Origin: a virus
Taxonomy: Duplodnaviria; Caudoviricetes
Strand: one strand, 5' to 3'
Virus record (IMG/VR): IMGVR_UViG_3300026255_000001
Coordinates: 1-64,000 of that record
Length of the DNA: 64,000 nucleotides
Part shown: piece after piece, positions 48,051 to 57,293 of the stretch
Layout: every line of letters begins with the position of its first letter
Position numbering within the stretch: position 1 is the first letter of the stretch
The notes under the pieces: model-generated
Told to the model about the DNA's origin: nothing
The model's database searches: none
The model's input: only the letters and a program-made list of their open reading frames with translations
Made by a program: the position numbers and the translations under genes

Positions 48051-48320
48051 TCAGACCAGCGTGCCCTTGATGGTGCGCTGCTCGACGATCTGGAGCGTGC
48101 GCGGATCGCGCTGCACGAAGTTGTACTGGTCCGGCTGGCCCTTGAGGGTCTCCACGGCCCAGCGCACGATCTCGTCGAACTGCGTGATGGACTGTGCGGG
48201 CTGCACGTCGCAGGGCTTGAACTTGCCGTCGGGCAGCCACTGGCCCACAACGTAGGGCAGCTCGGTCTTGGGCTTGCGGGTCTTGGGGGCCGCGGCGGTC
48301 TGGGTATCATCGTCATTCAT
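48051..48320 (-). CDS. hypothetical protein
   Basis: AGGAGAAC RBS before ATG 48320. Confidence 0.6.
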   Translation of the reverse strand: MNDDDTQTAAAPKTRKPKTELPYVVGQWLPDGKFKPCDVQPAQSITQFDEIVRWAVETLKGQPDQYNFVQRDPRTLQIVEQRTIKGTLV

Positions 48321-48960
48321 CGTCGTTCTCCTGTTGGTTTTCGTCCCCGGCACCTTGCCGGGACAAATCTTTCTTGTCGTCGCCCTGGGCGATGGTCACG
48401 GGGCCGGCCGCGTTGATCGTCATCCAGGGCTGTTTGCCCCTGGACTTGCCGTCAGGCAGCGCGGACTCCGACAGCGCGGGCACCGTGCCGTCGATGCCGG
48501 CGGCCTTCATCAGCTTGTCGGCGATCTGCGCCACGGCCTCCGCGAGGCGGCGCGCGTCCATGGTGCGGTACTTCGAGTCGGCGTCGCCCAGGCTGTTGCC
48601 GATCTCGTCGGACAACAGTTTGACCACAGGGCTCAACTGATCCACCAGGTCCTTGGCTACTTTCCGCCGGGCGTCCCGGACATAATCGGCGAAGTCGACG
48701 GCGGCGGCGACCTGCAGATCCTCGAGCCGCTCGATCCGCGTGGACCTCCAGCCGTAGACCGACACCATCTTCTGGCAGACCTCGTAGGGCAGCTTCGGAA
48801 ACAGGGTGGACAGTTCCTTTGGGCCGGCCGCCTTGCCGTTGACGTAGGCTTCCTTGGCGGCGACCATGATGTCCATGAGCTCGTTGACGTCCTTGACGTC
48901 GGGGCACATCGACATCAGGTCGTCGATGCGGCTTTTGCGGACGGGGGCGTTCTCACTCAT
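48313..48960 (-). CDS. helical protein, terminase-small-subunit-like candidate
   Basis: HTH-like N-terminus ending YGWR, long helices, short C-terminal beta strand; AAGGAGAAC RBS. Confidence 0.4.
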   Translation of the reverse strand: MSENAPVRKSRIDDLMSMCPDVKDVNELMDIMVAAKEAYVNGKAAGPKELSTLFPKLPYEVCQKMVSVYGWRSTRIERLEDLQVAAAVDFADYVRDARRKVAKDLVDQLSPVVKLLSDEIGNSLGDADSKYRTMDARRLAEAVAQIADKLMKAAGIDGTVPALSESALPDGKSRGKQPWMTINAAGPVTIAQGDDKKDLSRQGAGDENQQENDDE

Positions 48961-49207
48961 TCTCGTTCTCCTTGCCCACATATACAGGGATGTCGGGGTT
49001 CAAGTCAACCAGGGTGCGGGCCGGGACCCTGGCCGTCACGAGGAACTCCGGAATGTCGACCCCGGCGAGCCGTAGATCGGCCAGCGCGGCGTCCTCGGCC
49101 CTCGACAGCGAGGCCGCCACGGGGCGCAGGTCGCCGTTCTTCAGGGGCTTCAGCAGCAGCCAGACCTTGGAGGACAGCCGGGCGTCGAAATCGAGGGGGC
49201 GGGGCAT
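48953..49207 (-). CDS. hypothetical protein
   Basis: TGATG-coupled start at 49207. Confidence 0.5.
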   Translation of the reverse strand: MPRPLDFDARLSSKVWLLLKPLKNGDLRPVAASLSRAEDAALADLRLAGVDIPEFLVTARVPARTLVDLNPDIPVYVGKENENE

Positions 49208-49410
49208 CAGGCTTCCCATCCCGCCAGCGCCGCCAGGCGCGTGTTGACTTCTTCGACCAAGGCTTCAACTACGGCCTTCACCTGGTCGCTTTGGATTCTT
49301 GGCATGGCTTCCGGCGCCGCGTAGCGCAGGTCCACGCCCTTGTCCATCTTGGCCTGGGCGTACTTCACGTTTGCTTTTTCGATGACTTCGTCTGTGCTGA
49401 TCAGTTTCAT
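49207..49410 (-). CDS. hypothetical protein
   Basis: AGGAGAAC RBS before ATG 49410. Confidence 0.55.
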   Translation of the reverse strand: MKLISTDEVIEKANVKYAQAKMDKGVDLRYAAPEAMPRIQSDQVKAVVEALVEEVNTRLAALAGWEA

Positions 49411-49420
49411 GGTCGTTCTC

Positions 49421-51748
49421 CTAGCTCTGGTATTCGGTGTTCACGGTGGGATCGAAGGGGCTAAGCATAGCGTCGTCGAAGACGACCTTCCATTTGCCGT
49501 TGGGCAGCTTCTCGATGCCGAAGCCGCGGGACGCCAGGGTCGCCAGGGCTCCGGTGAACTGCGTGTTGCTGAGGCGCGCGATGATCTGGGGCGCGAAGAC
49601 GGCGAGCTCGCGGTACAGCCTTGACGAGCGTCCCTCCCACACCCAGGCCCTGCCGCCCTCCTGGGCGGGCATTTCCCGGACGCCGGAGAGCGTGGCCGAC
49701 ACGGCGTCGGGGGATTCGCGCCACTCCTCGATCAGGTCGCAGAGCACGTCGAGCAGCGTGTGAGGCACGCCGGACGACGACGCGGCCTCGCGAAGGTCCT
49801 CGTGGTGGTAGGCCCGGATGCCGTAGCGCCCTCGGTAGGACTCTGGAGCCCAGACCCAGTCGGGCGGGACCCAATGCAGCAGGAACCTGGCGAAGAAGGG
49901 CAGCTCCTTTGCCAGGATGGCGCTCTGTTCATCCTCGCCGGGCAGGTGGATCCCGGCCTGGACCTGATACATCGAGGTCTTGTCGAGGTTCGACTGGTCC
50001 AGCGACGGCAGGCTGCGCTGGCTCTCGGGGTCCACGTTGAGCGCAAGGATCGTGCTCCCGGCCCACTCGACCTCCCCGTTGGCGCCGTACTTCTTGTTAT
50101 AGTGCATCGACTTGTTGGCCGCCATCTTCTTCATCAGCGACGTGAACCGCCGGTGGAACTCCGGGCTCGTCGCCGGCGTGGCGTCGTCGATGAAATTGAT
50201 TGGCTTCTCGGCGACGACCGAGGTGAAGTCCTTGCCCTCGACCATCATGGGGGTGCCGTCGGCGACGCCGCCCAGCAGGGCGCCCAGGATGCCCCGGACG
50301 TAGAAGGTCTTGCCGACGCCCGGGGGTCCGGCGATGATGAGAGCCTGCCGCTTCGGGGGGTTCTTTCGCCAGGCTCCCTGGTACACGCGCGACACCCACG
50401 CCAGGTTCAGAATCATCGGGACGTCGGCGAGCTCGACCTCCTCGGGCACCCAGAACGGGCGGCGGCGGGGCGGCACGAACCATTGCTTGTAGAACAGACG
50501 GACCCACGGGAAATACTTGGGCCCCCACAGGTCGAGCTCGTAGGGCGTGGCGTCGTCGATCTCGGGGGCCGGGGGCATGACGTGGTAGGTCGCCGTGTTG
50601 AGGTGGCGCTCGCCATTGTAGTAGATCACCCCGCTGTCCCGGTGGATGAATGGCAGCGCCGCCACGACTTCGTTACTCTTGATGATGGCCTCCTCGAGCT
50701 TATCCATCTCGCTGGAGCCGTTGACCCGCTTCGCCGAGATGCCTTCGACCCGCAGGGTGCGCCGGAGCTCCTCGATGGTGCTCGACCTCCAGCGCCCGGT
50801 GACTTCGCTGAATCGCCAGAACTTGGCTGGGTCCGGCGTGAAGAACACGGAGTCCATGAACTTGCCCCAGCTGTCGCCGCGCAGCTCGTCGACGAACTGC
50901 ACCCCGAAGATGTCCTCCCAGGACACGAAGGGCTTGGGGCCCGTGAAGCAGATCATGCCATGGGTTCCCACGATGCACCCGCGCGGATTGTCCGCGGACG
51001 GATCCCAGAAGCGGACCCCCTGGCTCCCTTCAGCGAAGTTGCCTTCCCAGCGGCCGGGGAACTGTTCGGCGACTGCGGCGGCTATGTCCTCGATGTTGGG
51101 AGCAGGGCGGTCCTTGAAATCAGAAATGCGCAGATCCCGGGCGGCCTCGGCGGCCCAGCCCAGTAGGATATTATAAGGTATAGGGTCCGCGCCCGTAGGC
51201 TTCCAGTCCCGGCCTATCTCGAAGTACATGGTGTGCTTGTGGCCGGACTCGTCGTAGCCCCCGATCCATTTGCTGGGCATCAGGCGGTTGGCGAGCACCT
51301 TGTAGAACTGCTTGGCGTGCTGGGCCCCGATCAGACGGATCGGCCGCTCGAAGACCCACACCAGACGGCGCTTGAACCTGCCGCTGTCGCCCTCCTGCGA
51401 GAACGACTTGACCGTGTAGGTCGGCACGTAGGGCGAGGGCGCGTCGGCCAGGCAGACCTCCAGCCGCTCGTCGGAGATCGCGGCGTCGCAGTCCGCGATG
51501 TAGGCCGACATCGAGGCCGGGGGATTGTCCTCGTCGTTGCGCGCGCCCTTGTCGGTGACCCTGCGCTTGGGGTCCAGTCCAACGACGCCGGAGATGAAGG
51601 CATGCTTCGTCGTCGCCGACGTGCGCCACGCCTCCATCTTGGCCTTGTCCGTAATTTCGGCGGGGATGGGGTACTCGGCCCATTGGTCCCACGGTTTCGG
51701 TATGGCGAACGTGGCGCTCGCCCTTGTGTTCGGAATAGCTCTCATCAT
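49421..51748 (-). CDS. primase-helicase (AEP-like N-terminus, SF3/D5-like P-loop C-terminus)
   Basis: YIADCD and SFS...KRRLVW primase-like motifs; Walker A GPPGVGKT and Walker B INFIDD. Confidence 0.8.
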   Translation of the reverse strand: MMRAIPNTRASATFAIPKPWDQWAEYPIPAEITDKAKMEAWRTSATTKHAFISGVVGLDPKRRVTDKGARNDEDNPPASMSAYIADCDAAISDERLEVCLADAPSPYVPTYTVKSFSQEGDSGRFKRRLVWVFERPIRLIGAQHAKQFYKVLANRLMPSKWIGGYDESGHKHTMYFEIGRDWKPTGADPIPYNILLGWAAEAARDLRISDFKDRPAPNIEDIAAAVAEQFPGRWEGNFAEGSQGVRFWDPSADNPRGCIVGTHGMICFTGPKPFVSWEDIFGVQFVDELRGDSWGKFMDSVFFTPDPAKFWRFSEVTGRWRSSTIEELRRTLRVEGISAKRVNGSSEMDKLEEAIIKSNEVVAALPFIHRDSGVIYYNGERHLNTATYHVMPPAPEIDDATPYELDLWGPKYFPWVRLFYKQWFVPPRRRPFWVPEEVELADVPMILNLAWVSRVYQGAWRKNPPKRQALIIAGPPGVGKTFYVRGILGALLGGVADGTPMMVEGKDFTSVVAEKPINFIDDATPATSPEFHRRFTSLMKKMAANKSMHYNKKYGANGEVEWAGSTILALNVDPESQRSLPSLDQSNLDKTSMYQVQAGIHLPGEDEQSAILAKELPFFARFLLHWVPPDWVWAPESYRGRYGIRAYHHEDLREAASSSGVPHTLLDVLCDLIEEWRESPDAVSATLSGVREMPAQEGGRAWVWEGRSSRLYRELAVFAPQIIARLSNTQFTGALATLASRGFGIEKLPNGKWKVVFDDAMLSPFDPTVNTEYQS

Positions 51749-51768
51749 CAGTTCCCTTGAGTCCGAGA

Positions 51769-53880
51769 TTATTTGGTGTAGAAGTCTACCAGGTGCCCGT
51801 CCAGCCCCAGCGGGATGAACGCCGCCCAGGAATTGTTCCCCGTCTCAAGCAGCAGCTTGTCGACGTCTTCGCCCGTCTGCCCTGGCTTCAGCTCGACAAC
51901 GTACTCGTCGTGCGCGGTGAACGCCACGTCGTATCCGGCCTCGTGCAGGGCTACCCAGCCGTCGCGGAGCACGTCGCGGCACATGGCCTGGACCACATTT
52001 TCCGTGAGCAATCCGCCGTACAGCTTCCGGTAGGACGAGGGGTCGCCTTTGGCGTTCTGCGAGAAAATCTCCGTGCGCTCGACCAGCTTGTCCCCTTCGT
52101 CCGTCTTTCGGATGACCTTGACCGTCCTCTTGCGGACGTTCCAATAGTACATGGGCCGCCCGGACGGGAGCCGAATAATCATCAGTTCTTTGCGCGCCGA
52201 GGCCGCTTTTTCGGCCGTGCGCTGCAGCTTGCTCCAGAGCCTACAGATATAATCCCGCGTATGATTCCGGAACCCATCAACCACGACCTGCGCTTCGGCC
52301 TCGGTCCAGCGAATCACGGCTTCGGGGCGGGGATCGTCCTTCGTCATGAGATACGCCGCACGGGCCAGTCTGGCCGCACCGCCGCCGAACCCCAGCAACA
52401 GAACTTCCATCTTCTTCTGCTGGTAAAGCGGGACATCTTCCGTCTTCAAATCTTCCCAAGTCCGCCCCATCGTGGTCTCGGCGTGGGCCTGGTAGACACT
52501 CATGCCCTCGCGCAACTTCGGCAAGATGCGCTCGTCCTTGACCAGCGCCAACAGCCCGCGCGCCTCAACCTGGTTATAGTCCGTGACGTAGAACGGCCCC
52601 TTGAGACAGCGGCGCAGGTCGAACCCGGTTCCCTTGATCGGTTTTTTGTTCTCGTCCAGGAGGCAGAACATCTCATACTTCGGAAGGTTCTGCACATTGA
52701 AGAAACCTGCTCCGCTCCACCGCCCTGTGTGTCCACCGAAGTATTTCAGCTGGACGCGGTACTTGCCATCGGCAGAAGTGAACTTCTGCAGGTGCTGAAA
52801 CTTCTGGAGCAGCATGTTGTACCGCCGCCAGTCGCGCACGGCCCCGATCCAACCGTAGGTGTCGCCGTATTCGTCCTCCCATTCCTCACAATCTTCGTCG
52901 TCTTTGGCGAAGCTCGACGGGTACCACATGAACTTTGTCAACATCCAGCAGCCAGTCTCCTCGTCAATGTCGATCCGGCAGGGGAACACGCGCTTCGGGT
53001 CTTCACCAAACCACAGCTCGTTGAGCGCCGCCGTGACCGACTCGCTGTCGGACGGGTCGAGTTGGCTTATGGCCTGAAATTCCTCGGGCTCCAATTCACG
53101 CCACTCGACTACCTCCTGCTGGGCCTGCTCGATCATCTTCTTGCGGGCCAGCGGGGTCTTCTGCGGATCCCACTCCCACGGGATCGACTTGGCGGCGGCG
53201 AACATGCGTTCGTGGAGGCGCGCCACACAGTCGTCCACATAGTCCATGTCGATCTTGACGCCGCGCCACCCGCCCTCCCGGGCGATCCGGGACACCTTGC
53301 GCTCGATCTCAGGCCAGTTCTCGCTCCACTCCATCCACAGCTTGCGGCAAAGGATGGCGTCGTTGGCTGCATAGGTGCGAATCTCGGGGTCGTCCATCAT
53401 CCTTTCGACAGGGAGCCCCTTCATCCGGTCGCGGACTTCGCGGCCCTTTTTAGCGACATCGGGCATCTTGAACACGAACTGCGCGATGTCCTTCAGGGCG
53501 CGGGGCAGCTTGAAATAGGCCGCCATGTCGGCCGTGCAGTGCAGCTCCGCATAATTGATCTTCGGGATGACCCCCTCCTCTTCGAGGCGGCGCAGGACGA
53601 GCCCGTCAAATCCCATGTTGTGCGCGAGAACGATTTTGCCCTCGAGCATGGCCCAGTCGAAGTCTTGGGGCCTCCCCACCCAGACGAAGTTGTCGGGGCC
53701 GGCTACAGACAAAAGATAGATCTCGGTTTCGGGGTCGTAGACGTAAGCCCAGGTAGGTTTGACTTTGAGGGAGCTTGTTTTCGAGTACGTAGACTCGAAG
53801 TCGATGCTCCAGGTGTTCGCATCGTCGGGTGGAAGCGTAGCAATCGTCATCGGCAGTTCCCTTTCGCCATCGCGTGGCAT
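51769..53880 (-). CDS. polA: family A DNA polymerase with 3'-5' exonuclease
   Basis: Exo I DFE, Exo II AHNMGFD, Exo III YAANDA; motif A TDYNQVEAR, motif B KMEVLLLGFG, motif C AHDE. Confidence 0.92.
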   Translation of the reverse strand: MPRDGERELPMTIATLPPDDANTWSIDFESTYSKTSSLKVKPTWAYVYDPETEIYLLSVAGPDNFVWVGRPQDFDWAMLEGKIVLAHNMGFDGLVLRRLEEEGVIPKINYAELHCTADMAAYFKLPRALKDIAQFVFKMPDVAKKGREVRDRMKGLPVERMMDDPEIRTYAANDAILCRKLWMEWSENWPEIERKVSRIAREGGWRGVKIDMDYVDDCVARLHERMFAAAKSIPWEWDPQKTPLARKKMIEQAQQEVVEWRELEPEEFQAISQLDPSDSESVTAALNELWFGEDPKRVFPCRIDIDEETGCWMLTKFMWYPSSFAKDDEDCEEWEDEYGDTYGWIGAVRDWRRYNMLLQKFQHLQKFTSADGKYRVQLKYFGGHTGRWSGAGFFNVQNLPKYEMFCLLDENKKPIKGTGFDLRRCLKGPFYVTDYNQVEARGLLALVKDERILPKLREGMSVYQAHAETTMGRTWEDLKTEDVPLYQQKKMEVLLLGFGGGAARLARAAYLMTKDDPRPEAVIRWTEAEAQVVVDGFRNHTRDYICRLWSKLQRTAEKAASARKELMIIRLPSGRPMYYWNVRKRTVKVIRKTDEGDKLVERTEIFSQNAKGDPSSYRKLYGGLLTENVVQAMCRDVLRDGWVALHEAGYDVAFTAHDEYVVELKPGQTGEDVDKLLLETGNNSWAAFIPLGLDGHLVDFYTK

Positions 53881-53919
53881 TCATTCTTCTCCTTGATGGA
53901 CCGCGTCCATCTGATGCCC

Positions 53920-53948
53920 ATGAAACCATAGTCCTCCGCCCTTGTCAA
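53920..53948 (-). promoter_or_regulatory. putative promoter for polA
   Basis: TTGACA-N14-TGG-TTTCAT on the minus strand, just past a terminator. Confidence 0.4.
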
Positions 53949-53957
53949 GAGGCTGAA

Positions 53958-53997
53958 TAAAAAAAATCCCCGCCCCTGCTTTCGCAGAGACGGGGAT
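53958..53997 (-). terminator. intrinsic terminator after the SSB gene
   Basis: atcccc...ctgc-tttc-gcag...ggggat stem with an 8-nt U-tract on the minus strand. Confidence 0.75.
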
Positions 53998-54023
53998 GTT
54001 CACTTATTCAGTGGTGGCCGGGG

Positions 54024-54857
54024 TTACGGGAACTCGTCGGCGTCGTCGTCGTTCACGGACACCGGTACGCTCATGGCGCTCTTGATGTTCTCGACGACAT
54101 ACGGATCCAGGATTCCCTTGAACCGGGCGCGGATCACGAACGGACGGTTGACGGACTTCTTGCCCGGAGCCGCCAGCTCAGTGTTCAGCTCCCAGAGCCC
54201 GGAGTACAACCCCGTGCTCTTGAGCTTGTTGTTCACCGTGATGGCGATGTCGTTGATGAACGCTTTGTAGCCTGTCTTGTCCAAGGAGAGCAGAGCAAAC
54301 CCCCATTCCGTGGGCTTGCCTCCATCCTCGATGCCGAGATCCACGCCGAACAGGGCGTCAGAGACCCCCTCATTGCGGCGCAGCAGCAGCACGATGTCCA
54401 TGGCGGGGCCGACGTCGGGGCCGATGTCGCCCTCCCATTCCGTGCGCAAGCCGGCCGCGGCGGCCTCCTGCTTGTTCTTGAACGTGCGGGGCCTGCGGCC
54501 TTCGGTCCAGGCGGCCTGGTCCAGGCGCTCCTTCTGGTACTGGTCGATGGCGATCAGAATGGCCTGCACCCGCTCGCCTTTCTTGCAGACGCAGTGCTCC
54601 TTCTTGAGCACGAGGTCGCCCGCGTTGAATTTTTCGATCAGTTCCTTCGAGGTGCCGTGCACCAGCGAGAGGAAGGGAGGCCGGACTCCGTCCATGTCCA
54701 GCACCACGGCGTCTTCGGGATTCATCATCCCCATGCCCTGCCGGGTCGCCGGGACATAGTTGTGGTCGGCTTCCTCCTGGCCCCCGAGCTCCTCCGGCAC
54801 GCCCTCGGTGAGGTCCATGTCGGCGGGTTCTTCGGCGGGTTTGTTTTTGGGAGCCAT
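54024..54857 (-). CDS. single-stranded DNA-binding protein (probable)
   Basis: PPFLSLVHGTS motif, acidic tail ending DDDADEFP, next to polA. Confidence 0.6.
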   Translation of the reverse strand: MAPKNKPAEEPADMDLTEGVPEELGGQEEADHNYVPATRQGMGMMNPEDAVVLDMDGVRPPFLSLVHGTSKELIEKFNAGDLVLKKEHCVCKKGERVQAILIAIDQYQKERLDQAAWTEGRRPRTFKNKQEAAAAGLRTEWEGDIGPDVGPAMDIVLLLRRNEGVSDALFGVDLGIEDGGKPTEWGFALLSLDKTGYKAFINDIAITVNNKLKSTGLYSGLWELNTELAAPGKKSVNRPFVIRARFKGILDPYVVENIKSAMSVPVSVNDDDADEFP

Positions 54858-54898
54858 TATGTTTTCCTTTTCGTTATGTTTTTATGGCTTCTATGTTT
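54858..54898. repeat. three TATGTTT repeats at exact 17-nt spacing in an AT-rich intergenic region
   Basis: Copies start at 54858, 54875 and 54892. Confidence 0.8.
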
Positions 54899-54988
54899 CT
54901 TTGGATTCCAATGATTCTTGGTTTTCAGTATTGCATTAGGGTGTCAGTCTGCGTTCTGCCGCGGTTGCACCTCCTTCCAAAGATTCAT

Positions 54989-55018
54989 AGTATACACATA
55001 ACCCGGGGAAGCGGTCAA
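54989..55018 (-). promoter_or_regulatory. sigma70-like promoter upstream of SSB
   Basis: TTGACC-N18-TATACT on the minus strand. Confidence 0.6.
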
Positions 55019-55437
55019 TCCCCGAAGTAAAACAACCCGGCATACCACAGCAGGGCCTCCTCTTCCGCTTGGCTGGCCGGGACATACGGTTCCCACGGCG
55101 TGAACCAGTCCTGGAATTCCAGCACGGCGGTCTCGGGTTCCAAGTGTTCATCGAGCCTTCCGACGATGCGAAACGCCGGGCCCCCGGTGCCCAGGAGAAT
55201 GCTGTATTCTTCCGGAGCTGGCGTCTCCCGGCCCGGCTGATACCACCCGCTTCGGACGCCGACGGACAGCGGCTCCTGGTGGATGCGGTCCACGATGTCG
55301 TCGTACGTCAGTTGCTCGCCGTCGTACTCCACCGGGTTGTCCAGGTCCTGGGCCTCTTGCCATTTGGTTTGTTGCTCCAAGATGCCGGCGGCGATAGACG
55401 CCGCCTGCGACTTGACTCCGTCTTGGTCTGTGCTCAT
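55015..55437 (-). CDS. conserved phage hypothetical protein
   Basis: ILLGTGGPAFRIVG...LEFQDWFTPW pattern familiar from phage early regions. Confidence 0.65.
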   Translation of the reverse strand: MSTDQDGVKSQAASIAAGILEQQTKWQEAQDLDNPVEYDGEQLTYDDIVDRIHQEPLSVGVRSGWYQPGRETPAPEEYSILLGTGGPAFRIVGRLDEHLEPETAVLEFQDWFTPWEPYVPASQAEEEALLWYAGLFYFGD

Positions 55438-55721
55438 GTTCCACAATCTCCACTGTCGTATTTGTACGTGAACCCACACTCGACGCAGGTCACCTGATGC
55501 ACACAGGATCCCAGCGATAAGTCGGCCTGTTTGTGTTTGCAGTCCCGGACAAGCGGAGGTGTTTTTCTCCATCCGTTCGCCCAGCCCAGATCAACCAGCG
55601 GCGGACGCCGCCTTTCGGCTTTGTCCGCCATCTCGATCTCGGTCATTTCCTGGAGGTCAGTCTTCATCGGCCACGCCCCGTTTGTTGCCGAAGCCGGCCC
55701 GCCGTTTTGTTCTTTGCTCAT
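55434..55721 (-). CDS. hypothetical protein with C-terminal Cys/His cluster
   Basis: LGWANGW...C.H...CVH..TC.EC motif; ATGA-coupled. Confidence 0.6.
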   Translation of the reverse strand: MSKEQNGGPASATNGAWPMKTDLQEMTEIEMADKAERRRPPLVDLGWANGWRKTPPLVRDCKHKQADLSLGSCVHQVTCVECGFTYKYDSGDCGT

Positions 55722-56017
55722 TTCTTCCTCCGAGGCCTGTCCAAACTGACCGTCGCCTTGTTGTCGACGATCTTCAGCTCGAATCCGGGTACTGCTTTCA
55801 GGACGTTCATCGCCGTGGCCCACATTCGCGGCTGCGGGATCTCGCAGGACATGAAGCTCGCGCCGGATATGCCGCTTTTGTGCCGTTTGACAAAGCTGAT
55901 CTCCGCCATCCACCCTCCGCCGCAGTACATTTGTACTTCGATTCCTTCTTCCAGTTCTTTCCGTATCGCGGCGGGCGACATCATCGCCCGGACGTTTGTA
56001 CTTTTCTTTTTGCTCAT
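55718..56017 (-). CDS. hypothetical protein
   Basis: ATGA-coupled on both sides. Confidence 0.55.
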   Translation of the reverse strand: MSKKKSTNVRAMMSPAAIRKELEEGIEVQMYCGGGWMAEISFVKRHKSGISGASFMSCEIPQPRMWATAMNVLKAVPGFELKIVDNKATVSLDRPRRKK

Positions 56018-56370
56018 TTCCTCTGCTCCTTCCACTTCTCGAAGCTCAGTTTCGTCGCACCGGAGCGTACGGCCAGTTGCCAATCTTCCCGGGGGCCCCA
56101 CGCCGGGGCCCCCGGGTCTTGTGCCAGTTCGACGCCAGCTGCGGCAGCCTGGTCCTGAGGCTTTGTGATGTGCCTGGCCATCAAGCCGCAATCCAGCTTC
56201 GGCGCCATCAGCCGGCCGCTCGGAGTCCTGCGGCCCGACGCAGCCAGTTGGCGGGCCGTGTGTTCCGCGACCGAAATCACCCAGTCTACGGCTTCGCTTG
56301 AGACCGACTTTACTCCCTCGCCCTTGGACAGGATGCCCTGGATCAGGGCGCGGTTAATCTTCTTTGGCAT
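56014..56370 (-). CDS. small protein with histone-fold-like N-terminus
   Basis: INRALIQGILSK...VSSEAVD...AEHTARQLAASGRRTPSGRLMA resembles the prokaryotic histone pattern. Confidence 0.45.
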   Translation of the reverse strand: MPKKINRALIQGILSKGEGVKSVSSEAVDWVISVAEHTARQLAASGRRTPSGRLMAPKLDCGLMARHITKPQDQAAAAGVELAQDPGAPAWGPREDWQLAVRSGATKLSFEKWKEQRK

Positions 56371-56415
56371 TTGATTCCTCCGCTATCTGTTCGATTTGTT
56401 TGATTGCTTCTCCCT

Positions 56416-56655
56416 CTAACTCACGCGGTGCGTTTCGATCTTGGTCTCCGACGAGAACGCCCCGTCGACGATCAGCGTCTGGCTGTAGCCCGCTTGAAGG
56501 GCCGCCTCGCCTGCGCGGTCGACGGCCTCGTTCGCAAACACGAACCCCTTGAACAGGGCGAACGCCTGCTTGCGCGTCTTCGGCTTTTCGGTCGCCCAGA
56601 AGTAGTTTTCTCCCTCGGGGATGCGTCCTACGAAGGCCCAGTATTTCTTTTTCAT
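56416..56655 (-). CDS. hypothetical protein
   Basis: 79-aa ORF, ATGA-coupled after GGAGG. Confidence 0.55.
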   Translation of the reverse strand: MKKKYWAFVGRIPEGENYFWATEKPKTRKQAFALFKGFVFANEAVDRAGEAALQAGYSQTLIVDGAFSSETKIETHRVS

Positions 56656-56933
56656 GGTGTCAGTACCTCCTCCAGCTCCCCTAATTGTTGCTCCAATAAA
56701 CCGGGGTCTAATATTCCGTCAACCTCGTCAAGCATGCAGTCGATGCGGATCGTTCCCAAAAGGCGAGCGGCGTGCCGGAGCCGGCGCTCCAGGTCGCGGG
56801 GAACCTCCGGCGGCATGAATTTTTCCAGCTTGCCGGGAGATCCCTGGACGTATGATCCGTTGGCGCGAAGCTCCAGGTCGATTCGCGGTGTGGGCTCATC
56901 GTCCCACGCGGCTTTGGGTTTCTTATCGCTCAC
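56652..56933 (-). CDS. hypothetical protein
   Basis: 93-aa ORF overlapping both neighbours by 4 nt. Confidence 0.55.
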   Translation of the reverse strand: MSDKKPKAAWDDEPTPRIDLELRANGSYVQGSPGKLEKFMPPEVPRDLERRLRHAARLLGTIRIDCMLDEVDGILDPGLLEQQLGELEEVLTP

Positions 56934-57223
56934 TTTTTCTTCCTCCGTATATACTGGATCACGTTCTCCGGGCCGAACGAGACCTTGTCCATGACGCGCA
57001 TGTCCACGACGACCGGACAGTTATCCAGTTCGCCGTGATAGCGCACGCGGCCATTCTTGCGGACGACGCGCTTGATCAGCACCCACATCCGCTCCTTGTC
57101 GTCGAACACGCATTTTGCGTGGTCGCCGACTCGCAGGGAGCGGCGCACCCGGCGCGACGGGATCCAGAACGTGTCCGGGCATTTGCGGTGGCGCTCTTCG
57201 CCGTTCAGCAGTTTGCACTTCAT
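56930..57223 (-). CDS. DUF2314/YegJ-like small protein
   Basis: ERMWV...YHGELDNCP...KVSFGPENVI pattern; AAGGAGAAC RBS. Confidence 0.55.
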   Translation of the reverse strand: MKCKLLNGEERHRKCPDTFWIPSRRVRRSLRVGDHAKCVFDDKERMWVLIKRVVRKNGRVRYHGELDNCPVVVDMRVMDKVSFGPENVIQYIRRKKK

Positions 57224-57249
57224 TTTTGTTCTCCTTCTAAAATGGACGC

Positions 57250-57280
57250 GGCCCCGCCCTCCTTCATGGAGAACGGGGCC
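57250..57280 (-). terminator. hairpin after the Cas4-like gene
   Basis: ggccccg/cggggcc outer stem with ctcc/ggag inner stem; weak U-tract. Confidence 0.45.
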
Positions 57281-57293
57281 GGTCGTTGCCGGA

